DNA of 63,985 bases, filler included, from Conidiobolus incongruus B7586 (Eukaryota): the NCBI GenBank assembly GCA_000697335.1. It is 10 parts of 10 records of this genome, joined end to end, with 100 filler letters (N's around TTAATTAATTAA, not from the genome) between each part and the next. Parts side by side here need not be neighbours in the genome. Positions count along the whole stretch, not along the records: positions 10,707 to 28,144 come from JNEM01006797.1; 9 more parts are not named here. One strand, given 5' to 3'. Below the pieces are notes generated by a model, which searched no databases, was not told the origin of the DNA, and saw nothing but the letters and a program-made list of their open reading frames with translations. Positions 13,151-26,413 of the stretch are shown here, piece by piece; positions within the stretch are counted from its first letter, which is position 1, and each line of letters opens with the position of its first letter. A program made the position numbers and the translations under genes.

Positions 13151-14224
13151 TAAATTAAAAAAACTTTACTAATTAAAATAATTATAAATTTTTTTTCTAA
13201 TTGTTTTTTAAATCCAAATTGACCATTATTATATATAAGTGAGTGGATTTTAAATTTATATTATATTCTAAATAAAATTATAAATCTTGACTTTTTATAA
13301 TTAACTTCAGAAAAAATTCATTAGCAGTGAAGATGGAATTATTATCAAATCCTTAAACCCTTTGGATCTTAAAATACTCACTATCATTTAATTGCCATTA
13401 ATTATAATTGATAAAAATCAAACATCGCCTGATATATTGCTTATCCAATATGCAAATATCTTTATCATGCATTATATGCTCCTGATATTCTTGCCTCTAT
13501 TTGGGGTGATATATATATATATATAACCAAGATCAATAACACTCCTTATAATTACTCTATATTGATAACTAAAAAATATAGTAATAGCTATAATTTCTTA
13601 ATGTTGGGGAAGGTTATGCAAATAAATGATAGAGAAAATTATCTGATAATTAGTTAATATAGTTAATATTTACCATTATATTTTATCTCTATTAAATTAA
13701 CTAATTGTTTAAATATTAAATTATAAATTAGTTTTTAAATATTAGAATTACAAATTAAATATGAATAAATAATTTTATTTAATAACTCAATATTTATTCC
13801 TCCAATAATTATTAACTTATTAACTTATTAATCTATTAACCTGTTAACCTAATTTAACTTAAATTATGAATTATTGAAAAAATTAGTAATGATATAATAT
13901 AATTAGCTTTTTACTTAAGAATTTATATGATCCTAGCTTCTTTTACAGTCTTCTCATAATTATAAACTATGTAAAATTAGTAAGCCTTTTTGACTCTGCT
14001 ATTTAGTTGAAATATTTTGATTTATAACTTTGGAAAAAAATATAATAATGGAAAATTTCTTTAAGGAAAAACCTATATTATTGATACCCAGGTTGAATTT
14101 TTTACCTTATATTATTAATTAAATTTTTATTTGTATGAAAAATATTTATTTGAATTTTCCATATTTCATTAATTACTTTTATTTTAAATATTGAATTCTA
14201 ATTAAATTTGTGATTTTGACATTA

Positions 14225-15505
14225 TTAATACAGAAATTAAATAATGGTACAATTTTGAAATTAAAATTAAATAAATAAATTAATAAATAATATATAAAAG
14301 TTAATAGCCTCTTTTATTATTAATAGTTTTTTTCTATATTTTTGGTAAGCCTTTAATATTTAAAAATGGTTCTTTTTATTAATAACTGAAATTTGATAAT
14401 TTATAAACTAATTTAATTTATTTGCAAAGTATTTTTTTTCTTATAAGTTATTTTTTTGATTATTTATAGTAATTATAATCACATAAGTTATAATCAGGTA
14501 AATATATTAGATATGGTAACTCTCTTTATTTTTTTTATATAAAAAATGTTTTATAGTTTTAATTTTATATATTTCATAATTTTTATGCAAAATAATAAGT
14601 GTTTTAAAATTAAATTAAAAATACTATTTAAAAATTATTTTATTTAAAAAAATATATAATTTATTATTAATTAATTTCCCTTGAGATATTAAATAAAAAA
14701 AACTATATACTATTATAATCTATTATTATAATTATCATTTATTTATATTTGAAATACTTATTTACTAAAATTTATAAAAAAGATTAATTTAATTTAACTT
14801 AACATCTTGTTTAATTTTTAAGTAAAAGATTATATAAAAAAATTTAAGATTTATTAATTATAAGTATTTGCTATTAAAACCTTTATTTTTAGTTAAATTT
14901 AATAAGTTTAATTTAACTATAGCTACTCTAGTTTTTTTTTAGATATTTATTAAATTATAAAATATCTGTTTAATATCTTTGTTAATTAAATTAAGTTTAA
15001 ACTTAAGTATATATTATATGCTTATATAATTAATATTAAATTATTTTAATAATTCTTTAATAGAAATAAAAAGGAATTTCTTAATTTATTTTTTTATTTT
15101 TTTTATAAATAAAAGAGTAATAATATAAATTAATCTTTTAGCTTTTAGCAAATTTTAAATAATATCTTTTTTAACATTAAAATCACAAATCTAGCAATAT
15201 ATAGTAGTTTTAAATAAAGCACCATCTTTATAAGTTTTAAATGATTTTAAAGGGTTTATAATTAAGTTATAAAGATACAAAAATGAAAGCCTTTTCATAA
15301 TTATTATTTAATTTAAATATAATTAAATTTAAGTGTAAATTTTGAAATCAAAATATTTTAATAAAAATATAATTAAAATTAAATATATATAGTTTAGAAA
15401 TATTTATTTTCCTATATATTTTATATATATATAATCTTTTAAAATATATAATATGTTTGAAAGATCAGAAATAAAAAATTTACCATTTTTTAATTTCCAT
15501 ACTAA
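14225..15505 (-). mobile_element. Full-length mariner subfamily B copy, very heavily mutated
   Basis: Colinear with family A but with different termini (ttaatacagaaattaaataatggtacaatttt ... aaaatttaccattttttaatttccatactaa|TA) that match the copy at 59582. Confidence 0.85.
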
Positions 15506-17275
15506 TAAATTAGCAATTTAGTGATAAATAGGAGTTTATATTTTCAATTGTTTGATTAAAATTGATTTATTAATTTGAATTTAATGAGACTATAACCTTA
15601 TATAATGGATCTGTGTCAATTAATTCCTAGTTTATCACTGAAAAATTACCAATTATATATTAACTACAGCTAGTTTTAATAAAAATTTGAATTATAATAC
15701 ACTTGATGCATTTATATGTTTTTAATTCATCAAGTTTTATTTCAGTATTTCTTGTTTACAATATAATAAGATAGAAAAGAATATATATGCTAAGTATTAA
15801 GTTGTCTCAAATTATCCTATCTAGGTCTAATTCATCTCACCATTTATAAGTATAGCACTTAAAAAATGAAATATTAATTAAATACAATACTTTTTCATAA
15901 AATTTATTTGCGCTGTTTCAAACAACATTAGTATATCGAAGAGCTATATTCATTGATTGTATTTGAAATAAATTTGTTAATTATAAATATATGGAAACAA
16001 TGAAGTGTTACAAATTTTGTATAATAAGGCTCAAACAATCCAAAAATTCCTATTGGAACAGTTTATATAATAAAAATTAACTGTCGGAACCAATATTTTT
16101 TAAACGTTTAAAAAACCTTGACATTATCAAAGTCGTATTAATGAAAAAAGTCGATAAACTACGAGTATTAAAGCATTTTATTAAATGCCTCTAACTGAAG
16201 GTTTTAACCAGGTAATTTCATGAATTTCGAAATAAGAGTTTTATTCTTAACTATAATTTTAATATTTATTGTAATTAATTTAAAATTTGAAGAATAAATA
16301 ATATAACCAAATCCTATTTATAAATCAATAGTAATTATTCAATATTGACTTAGTCACTAATTTAAGTAAACTTTTCATATTATATATATATTCTATTCAG
16401 TTTCGATATTATACCAAAGCGAAAATTACAAAAAATAGTAAACAATTTAATTAAATAACATTATTCAATAAATTATATATATACTGTTATTAAATTAATT
16501 ATGATTAAAGACTGTTTATTTAAAGTATATAAAATTTCATACTACTCTATGCTTTCACAGCTAAATAACCATACTGTTGAATTGATGATTTCAAAGTTGT
16601 TATTTAAAATTTATTAATATTGAAAATGGATTCTTTTTAACTTGATTCAATTAAATAATCTAGAATATCATTTGATTTATTAATATTGGAATTAAAATAA
16701 TATTCCTTAAATTTTTTTATAAAACAACTCAAGTAAATATATTTTCAATATTTAATAACTTTTACTGTGTTCATAATAAGTCAAACAATTCTAATTATTA
16801 TTGATAAATAAATGAATAAACACTATTAATATAATATTGAACTTATTATTCTAGAATAAATGGTATTAAAATCATTACAAAAACATTATACTATTTATAT
16901 ATAGATTTGTCGAATTAAATTTTAATTGATAAAATATAGTTATAACACTCGAGATTAATCCAATATCTAGTAAAGATATCATAATTTTAATGACATTATA
17001 GTGTTTATAATTTCTGTAATAAATTTCTTATTTAGATATTTTTACACCTTTGAACTGAATATTATAGTGATTTTGTATTGAATATCGAATAAAATAATTA
17101 AAATAAAAGTCAGAAATGGATTATTAATACCTAATGTTATAAATACTACGGATTAAAGATCGATTAATAAATATTACAATAATCATATAAAATTTGAGTG
17201 TATTATGAAGCATTTCTTTTTTATTGAGAAGTGAAATAGGGATTGAACAGGGGAAAAAAGAAACACTCACTAAAA

Positions 17276-18029
17276 TTAATGTTTAGCGTGCTTATCTTTA
17301 TAAGCTTCCACTCGTTTAAGATAATCCTCCAAAGCAGTTTGATATTGATCAGTGTAATTCTAATTATTAGCAAATTAGTATAAGGATGGTGAATAAATGG
17401 GTTAAGAGGAATTTGTATACCTGTTTTTCTGAATCAGACAATTCTTTCCAAAGTTTTGCTAAGAATTGAGCCTGCTCAGTTGCATTCTGAGGAATGCTAT
17501 GAGGATTCCTATCTCTGTAATCCTTACAGAATAAGAGATAGGACGAAAGGGGGCGCTTTGGGAAGTTTGGATCACGCTGGGCTTTATGTAACCTCTTCAA
17601 TGCTTTCTCCTTTTTGAGTTGTTTAGTCTCTTTCTTCTTTTGGATAAAATCCTTTAAACCTTCAGGTCCCAATTTGGCTTTAAAAGCTTCCATATCTTGA
17701 TTATACTTGGCGATTTCTTTTTGGTATTTAGAGACGTATGCCTGCTTTTTCTTTGGGTCTAAAGTTTGCCACTTGTCGCCCAAATCTTTCATAACTTCTT
17801 TCATGGTTGAGGCACCACCTTCAGAATCTTTCAAATTATCTTTAACGAAATTAGCAAATGAAGTAGCAGGCCTTTTGGGAGGTTCTAAACAATATCTAAA
17901 TTAATTTATCATATTAACATTTATGAATTAATTACTTAAAGCATCGTGAATAATAGATAAATTAGAAAATGAACGACTTAAAAGAGCAATCGATTTAGTA
18001 GTCGTTCTAGTAGAAACTAATTTCAACAT
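17276..18029 (-). CDS. Two-HMG-box protein with mitochondrial-type presequence (Abf2/TFAM-like nucleoid protein), ~213 aa; exons 18029-17936, 17884-17421, 17359-17276
   Basis: GT-AG splicing gives an open frame: MLKLVSTRTTTKSIALLSRSFSNLS (basic/hydroxylated, no acidic residues), box 1 PPKRPATSFANFVKD...LGDKWQTLDPKKKQAY, box 2 DPNFPKRPLSSYLLFCKD...LAKLWKELSDSEKQNY. Confidence 0.88.
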
Positions 18030-19014
18030 ATTATATATTTTATTGTTGAATTTAAATTATTAGTATAAAATGATTTTTTATGTTATTTATTGTTATCAGT
18101 TTACGTTTTACGGTTGATTTTTTCAATTTAGCTAGTTATATATTTCCCTGAGAGTTACAATTGAATTGGATAATTATGGGTTTTGAATTGATAAGTTTAA
18201 TCTATGAGAGTTTGATGACGTGTGATATATTATAATGATGTAGAAATGAATGAAATTCAAAATTTCAGTCATCAGAAGTCCTAATGTGGTCTGATCTTTT
18301 CAATATGAAATAAATTATGGTATCAGTATTACAAAATAATAAAATATAAACTATTCATATGAATGAATGGCAATATAGTTCAAATTAAAGTCTACCATTT
18401 TATTGGATTTTAGTTTTATAATATTTTTATTATAAAATAAAATAGGTGTATTAAATAAAAATATTTTTAATATCAGATATATAAATAATTGTATTAATTC
18501 TAATAATCACTATTATTCGATATGTAAAAGAGATTAGATATATTACAATATTGATTATAGTTATTGTTGTTATAAAATAATTAAAAAAAGAATAGAGATA
18601 ATTCAGAATAATCATACAATCTCATCTGTAGTTGATTAAAATTTTCACTTTAAACGTTAAAGATAACTTATATTATGAAAACAATCAAAATCGACTAGGA
18701 TTTTATTATTAAATAAATCTCCTACTCTATGATAAAGATTCAATATTAACTAAATTTCAAATTAATATTGATTGTAAATACATAAACCATTTATGATTGA
18801 ATTGAAATGTTTATATTAAACCAAAATACTTGACATTATTATTAATACAATCAATTGGTCAATGTGTATTACATGTTTTAAAATATCAAAGTTGAAGAAT
18901 GAATTTGAATCAGTTATTCAATATTCTCTCATATGAAAATATCTAAATTATATATTATCATCCAGACAATTTTATTTTGATTTAATAAATTTTGAACAAA
19001 ATTCAAAAAATGAA

Positions 19015-19519
19015 TTAACGTGACTTCGATTGGTGATCATGGAGTAATTTGTCATATTTCTAAAATGAATAGATTAGTAAATATACCTTGATTAAATGAT
19101 AAATCTTTACCTTTCTTTCTTCATCATTCAAATCATTCCAAGCCTTATGAAAATATTGCATCTCTTCTTCAGGTTCTGTAGGCAATTTATTATTGGATTT
19201 CTGCTTCAACTCCCGACAGAATAGTTCGAATGGCGTCTGAGGAGTAAACTTGCTAGATCCATACTCACTCTTATTGAATCTTTCTTCAGAATATGGAAAA
19301 CTTGCACCATCTTCTGATCTCTCTTCAAATCGGGTTTTGATCGACTTTTTAATGGTTTTTGGACCTGAATCCTCTATCATACATGTTATTTAAAGAATTG
19401 TTGATTATGAATTATAATTTGTTACCTGATAACTGTAGTAAATAAGTCATTTGAGAAAATGGTCGCTTGTTCAAATATTGATACAATCTAATATTACTAA
19501 TACACTTTTTGAGCAACAT
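19015..19519 (-). CDS. Divergent single-HMG-box protein with presequence-like N-terminus, ~133 aa; exons 19519-19426, 19373-19111, 19059-19015
   Basis: Spliced frame is open: MLLKKCISNIRLYQYLNKRPFSQ...TPQTPFELFCRELKQK...FHKAWNDLNDEERKKYDKL. Intron positions match the neighbouring HMG gene. Confidence 0.78.
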
Positions 19520-20810
19520 TTTTAATCTTATTTTAATATTGAGTAATGAATGAAGCAGACATTTAAGGATTTTATACAGCTCAACTGTATAAATGATTTC
19601 ATTAATTCATCATTTTAAATATTTATTCAAATTGAAAATTTGGTTGATATCATTATGATGTTATTCAATTAAACTGGTGTATTTCATAATCAGATGGTTG
19701 ATTAAGAATTTATGACTTATTATTATATCAAACTTATTGACTTATTCGATGATGGGTATTGATCTTATCTTTAACTTTAATCGCATTAAAAATATTAATC
19801 AATATTTGTACAAAAATCATGATTTTTAAATATTTTTATTATATAATTTTTAACAAAGTCTTTGACTTAATTATTTTAATCAATTTAAATATATAAAAAT
19901 GACATTAATATAACTGTAGATTTAATATATTCTTCAAAATTTTGAAACAAACATATATTAAATAAGTAAATAGGAGAGTCTTCGGAGTTTTAAACTATTT
20001 TTCCGAACCTTCATAAAAATAAGTCACACTACTCAGTTTTTATAATTGATTAAAAATACAGACTTGGACAAAGAAAAGAGACTATATTTTTAATGCACAC
20101 GTTAAATTCCCGAAATATTTGTAATCCAATCATTATAACTTGCTTAAAATGGCTAATTGCTTTTGAGGAGAACTGTAAAATGGTTGAGTTATGTCTATGT
20201 ATAAATAAAATATTATCTTTTTTAATGTAATCAATTAGCATACAATTATTTGACTTTTAATTGCGATTACTTAATATACATAATTATATAATATTATATA
20301 GTATTCTCTAATAAGTTTTATTAACTTTAAATTCAATAAATATTAAGCTATTATTTCAAATACGCAGCTTGTTTTAGGAATAAGTTTATTATATTGAATA
20401 GATTTTGTAAATAATTCATTCAACAATTTATTTTTTGTTAAGGAAAAAAATTCAATAAGATCAGAGTGCTATGTTTGTGTCAATCAAAATTACCCAATAT
20501 GAATTATAAATATACTTCTTTTGAATAACATAATTTTTTTTCTGCTATAAACAAAGATTCAATTAATTTTTGACCCTTAATTATAAAAAAACATATTAAT
20601 TCTGGTGTTTCAATTGTCTTAGAGTTGGCAACGAATATTACTCAGTTTTTTCAATTTTTGTTATCTAAATCATTTTTTGATTCATATCTTAACACTTTTC
20701 GTAAATAATTTGATTTAATAAATACCGTGTACCATTTATCTTCTATATTTTTATTAACTTGACCTGTTTAGCACTTGTTTAAATCTTTTTAGCTGAACTT
20801 GATCAACAAA

Positions 20811-23800
20811 ATGGTCATTTACTCGGGTCCTAACTCCGACTATAATAAGAGAAGGCCTTATTATAATAGCAACTATTATTATAGCCCACACCCAAGTTAC
20901 CAAAGCTATTCAGGGTCACAGACTTATCCCCAACCGAATGACCCATATTCTCAGACTAATTACTACCAACAACAACAATACTATCCGACTTTAAACTACT
21001 ATCAACCATATTACTATCCCATAAGTAAATATTCAAATAATTTCAACAATACCATAATAATATCGTGACTTGAATACTGATCAAATTTGTTTGATAGATT
21101 ACAGCGGGTATACTGGACACTATAACCAGTCTTCGGTATGCCAGTCAACACAATACTCCATCACGTCAGGGGCTGTGAATGTAAGGTTTAATTTAGTACT
21201 ATTTAGCATTTATTATAACTAAAATTTATTACAGTTAACCAATCGCACTCTTAACAATTCCATCCAAACCCCCCACACCCCACAATCCACCAATCAGAGC
21301 CAAGAAACTATTTCACCCCCCAAGGATTCATCTCTCAATCTCTCGCAAAAAGGCTCCCTGAGCAATCATTTTCCCATTAAGAAGCCGAATGGATGGTCAG
21401 GCAAACTGTTTCAGCCTAAGAAGCTCGATAAATTCAAGTTTCAACTTGGACGTAATGTGTTCCAGTCACCTAGCCCTAATTCCCCCACCTTCATTGCACA
21501 GTCCAATCCAATTGAGGTTATTCCAGATCAATTGTCTGAAACTCAAACTCAAAATTTTGATCAAACAACAGTTGCTGAGCTTGCCACAGGAACTCAATCT
21601 CAAAATGAAAATGTTGCACAACCAGAAGAGGATAATCTAACTGAGCTAACGAATACTGAAAATCCTGATCAAGGAGCTAACGCTGAACAAATTGAAGTCA
21701 TTGACCAATCCAATGAATCTCTCCCCGAAGTGAACCCATCCGAAATTGTCGAAGATCCGCAAAGCTCCGAGGGTGAAGAAGTGCATGAAGTCATCCAGTA
21801 TGTCAAAGACTTCTCTCATCAGTCCTTAATACTCAATCAATATTTGACTCGTCATCAACTTAAGGAGATTTCTAAAATCAATGCAGACATCGATAATTCA
21901 AAATCTGGCGAATCTGACGATCACAGTGTCAACTCGGACTTTGGACAATCGAAACTACGCTTTGGACCACTTTCCAAGCTCAAGCAATCATTTACACCAG
22001 GCAGAATGGTGTGGGTCACTTGGGGAAAAGTAGATGCATATCCTGCAAAAGTATTGAAAACTAAGGCAACGAGAGTATTAATCAGATATGAAGGGTGGGG
22101 TGAACACCACGACGAATGGATTGAGATGAATTCCAGTCGTATATTGCTTCAAAAACCAATTCATGTAGAGATGAAAAGCGCTGATTTGGATCAATCCTAT
22201 GAACCTCCAAAAATCAACGATCAGATCATGGTAAAAGATCGCACAGGAATTTGGTGTGAAGCAATCATTTCGTCTATCAAGCAGGACAAGGTCATGATTA
22301 CTTACCCCTCCCAGCCACGCACTCGAGGTGAATGGATTCCTCTCAATTCTGACAGAATACGCTCCATACACGATTTTGAGAACATTGATCAGTTGAAAGC
22401 TACAGAGCTTCCCCCCATTCCAACTAAACCCCTGAAAACTAAATCTACTAAAAAAAAGATCATCAAGTTCAATCAATTGAAAAAGGTCGAGAAGGCTTTG
22501 GAGCATTTGGAGTATATTTCTGACATACCCGTGGATATTGAAAATGACAATACACAAGAACCAACCGAAAGCAAATACTGGCATATTTATTGTAACATCT
22601 GCCACATTGTTCTCAAACAATATCGTTACTATTGTACACATTGTGAAACTCCCTCCGAAGACTCGAGTTTTGATCTCTGTATCTGGTGTTATCAAAATTC
22701 ATTCCCTAGAGATCATCCTCATCCACCTCAATCTTTCGCTGTGGACTGTCTAATTACTGAAGAAATCATCGATTCTTTCGCTCCTAATAAGGTAAAAGAT
22801 TCTCTGATTTTAGCTCCATTTGTAAAAGATACATTCTACAATGGTCCTAGTTTAGAAGCCAGCTTCTGTAATCCAATTTGTGCACTATGCCATGATATCA
22901 GTTGCAACGATATCACAGGACCCTTCATCAATGAAAAACCGTTCTTGTTCACATCTCTGTCAACTCGAGTGAATGGAGTGAAAGCTGCCCACAAGAAGAA
23001 TATCTTCTGGATGCATCAGAATTGCGCTATGGTATCTCCACAGGTCATTGTCTTCCATCTCAAGGATCCAGAAAAGGAAGTTTGGTACAATCTCGACAAA
23101 ACAGTATATCGTGCTAGCAAGATGAAATGCAGTAAATGTCGAATGATGGGAGCGACTGTTGGATGTTTCAATTCCAAATGCCCCAGAATCTACCACTTGA
23201 CATGCTGTGGCAAAAATCCCAAACTTTTCCTCCAGGGCGCTATCTTCTACTGTCCCAAGCACGAAGAGATCACTAATAAAACCCAGCATTACGAGGAGCA
23301 CTACCACTGCGACAACTGTAAGAAGAGCTTACCGTGCCCCAATCCCAGAGGCCCTTTCCCCGATCTTTCACCTGACGAGTGGTACACCTGTCAAGCTTGC
23401 GTGGAAGAGAATTTTTTTTCGGGCTTTGACCTCTGTACTGAATGCTTTGTGCATAATTTCAAATCTATCAAGCATCATCACAGATCGAGTAGATTTATCA
23501 GAACCACCAAAAACCAATTAGAAGTTTTATTGGATGAACTGGCCAATAACAAGATAGCAAGTTTGAAGCATAAAAAGAATAAAGCCAAATCGGAATCCAA
23601 TGCTAGGACCAGACAGAGCGAGGAGCCCAACGATTCAAATAAAGAGGAGCAAGCACCACCTAAGAAGCGCAAAATCGTCAAAAAGATTATTCAATACCAG
23701 CCCAATGTCCATTGCTCGTACTGCTGGTCCACCACCTCGACCATCTGGCGTCGTGGATATATGGGCGTTCTATTATGCTCCACCTGTTTCATGAATACGT

Positions 23801-26413
23801 CCGCCGAAAACAATTCTACCGCCGTCAATCCCAACACTGAGGAAGACCCTGAAGAGATCATCATTGACGTAGTGAACGACTCGCCATCACCTCAAGAGAA
23901 ATTCGGGTACCACGGAGATTACGAAGACTACATCCACCAACCTTATCATACCCGCAACCTACCGCAATTGAGTGCCCTTGCAGCGGACATACCCAAACTG
24001 AATCACAATGCTTTGGTGAACCGAGCAATCCATCTCGAAACTTATGGTCCCACCATCTACCAAGCGTTCTCTTTAGATTTTAGGTCAACCTATTACGATA
24101 TTCCTGGATCAGCTCCCAGATGTAAGTATTTTTAATATTTTAAAAAATTTTTGATTAATTTTTGTTAGGGGCTTCTCACTCAGGATCGGATTATCACGGT
24201 AATTAGTCATACATTCTTATTTTATATTGATATTAATTAGAGTTTAGGCACTTGGTTACCACAAACTGTACGCAGGTAAATAATAATTGATTCATTATAT
24301 AATTTTACAATATTAAACAATTGATATAGAGCTATTACACGATACACCAAAGAGGGTGATATGGTCTTAAGTAATTTTTTGGGACGAGGTAACTTCAATA
24401 ATTTGGAATTTGTATATTGGAATTAATTGGAATTAGGTACGGATGCTATAGAGTGTTTTTTGCTAAAGAGAAGGTAATTTTATTGTATTAATTTGAGTTT
24501 TGTCTTATTAATAAGTTTTTAGGTGTATTGGTATCGATATTAACCCTGTAAAACATTTACATTCAATTAAATGATATAATTTCTAACAAATTCCATTAGG
24601 TAGCTGTTGCTCTATCCCAAAAGAACATCTCTTTTGCACTTCCGCCATCCCTGCTGGCGAATTCGGAATCTAAGTACCATCGCCCCACCATCATTCAAGC
24701 TGATGCTCGCAACATGTTCTCCATCCTGGCTAACGAAAGTGTGGCTCACGTCCTTTCACATCCTCCCTACAAGGATTGCGTCGAGTATTCCAACAATATC
24801 GACGGCGATCTTTCAAAGTTTGCTAACAATCAGGAATTTTGCAAGGAGATGCAGAAGGTGGTGAATGAAACTTGGAGGTATATATTACATTTATTACATA
24901 TATGTGTGGTGATTTATTAATGTTTTTTTTGTAGAGTATTGAAAATGGGAGGACGATGTACATTAGGAATAGGTGACAATCGCGATCAATGTTTCTACCA
25001 ACCTGTTGCATTTGAAGTCATCCAACTCTACATGAATACTGGTTTTCAAGTGGAAGAAATTGTAAATCAATTAAAACACTCCAATATCATGATTATTAAT
25101 TTTATGATAGATTGTGAAACGTCAACGGCAATGTCGAGCCTTCGGTCTCGGAACTTTTTTATGTGTTAAATATGATTTCTTAATGTTTACTCACGAATTT
25201 ATTATGACGGTTAGAAAGACTCCAATGACGAGATCCATGAGTAGAGCTATGAAAAAAAGTAATACTGTCATCAATAATGTAAGAATATGGCTAACTTTAT
25301 GATAGATTTCAAACCAGCCAAAGACATTTCTAGATGGAAACACATGGTAGGCTACCGCATCAAAGTTAGACAGATTCCAGACTGCCCTATCGAGCGCAAA
25401 TCCGTCATCATGGGCTCCGTATGGGTATTCCGTCCCAATCATAAGTATTCGTTCCCTGGCCTCTGTGTCTCCAGAATGGTAAACATTTTTCAAAATATTT
25501 TTCAAGTATTTAACAATTTTTAGGTGGAGAGATTTGGAAGAAATAATACGAATTGGGAAGAAGTGATATTAAGATTTAAAAAATCTAATGTAATTTTTAT
25601 TTTATATACATATAGTATTATTGTATTAATAGTATTTTAGACTAATGATGATAGCAATGTAGCAGAAGGTAAATTAACCATCAATTTTTGCAATGTTAGT
25701 TTCTAATTGGAATTTTTTAGATCCTACTATAATTGTACCTGATCCTGAGCCTATCGACTCTCATTATGAGAAAATGCGTCAAGTTAGAATTAAATCTAAC
25801 AAGAGAAAGTTGCTATCTTTGGTAATTTGCTCAATCATTATATAATTTTCATATGGTTTACATCTGAATAGGGACTAATCTCTGAATTGAGTGACGATCG
25901 CTCTGAAGACATAATCCATCACGACAAAATGATGAAAATGAAAGCGCTGCCCTCTGCCCCCATCTCCCTCATTGTCGTGCCTCACGTCCCCAACCACAAG
26001 CTCGATTGCGAAATTATTCCTTTTTACAGACGCGCCATCATCGAAATGACGCTGTACGCACTCCAAACTCTGCCACCCTCTGGAATGTTTATCGTTGGGG
26101 TCCAAGACTACCGCATGTCAGAAGGCACTCTCATTCCCTTGAGTATCCTGGTGTACCAGGATATCAGCGAAATCATCCGCAAGAGCGATCACATGAAACT
26201 GAAGGAATTGGTAGTGTGTGTTCCGCAAGGCTACAGTTGTGACCGGACGAAAGAGTATACAAAAATCCCTAAACAACCCTGCGTCGTTGGTGAAAAATTG
26301 CAAGATGTGAAGCATTTACCCATTGTTCACGTAAGTTGAATCATTTTTTATATAATTTTAGTTATTAATTTTTGATATAGGCTATCTATATGATCTTTAT
26401 GAAATTGAAATAA
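20811..26413 (+). CDS. Chromatin-reader-fused N6-adenine/N4-cytosine-type DNA methyltransferase, ~1591 aa, 17 exons: 20811-21024, 21098-21180, 21235-24121, 24169-24198, 24248-24275, 24330-24388, 24437-24473, 24523-24547, 24600-24877, 24935-25061, 25111-25258, 25306-25478, 25524-25589, 25641-25668, 25721-25821, 25872-26330, 26381-26413
   Basis: All 16 introns are GT-AG with consistent phases; total 4776 nt. Domains: chromo-barrel x2 (RYEGWGEHHDEWI; TYPSQPRTRGEWI), ZZ (CNIC...YYCTHC...FDLCIWC), extended PHD (CALC...HQNC...CSKC...GC...C...HLTC...CPKH), ZZ (CDNC...CQAC...FDLCTEC), NLS PPKKRK, GATA-type Cx2Cx17Cx2C, MTase (NFLGRGT, GIDINP, QADAR, SHPPY), then a degenerate second MTase copy. Confidence 0.9.

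Noticed and set aside
17276..19519. HMG genes as a Mucorales-type sexP/sexM mating locus
   Set aside because: No flanking triose-phosphate transporter or RNA helicase; the boxes are HMGB-like with presequence-like N-termini rather than MATA-HMG.
21389..26315. Many overlapping or antisense ORFs (e.g. 22078-22695, 22960-23307, 25191-25505, 25875-26105)
   Set aside because: Shadow frames of the GC-richer exons of the methyltransferase gene, with no motifs of their own.
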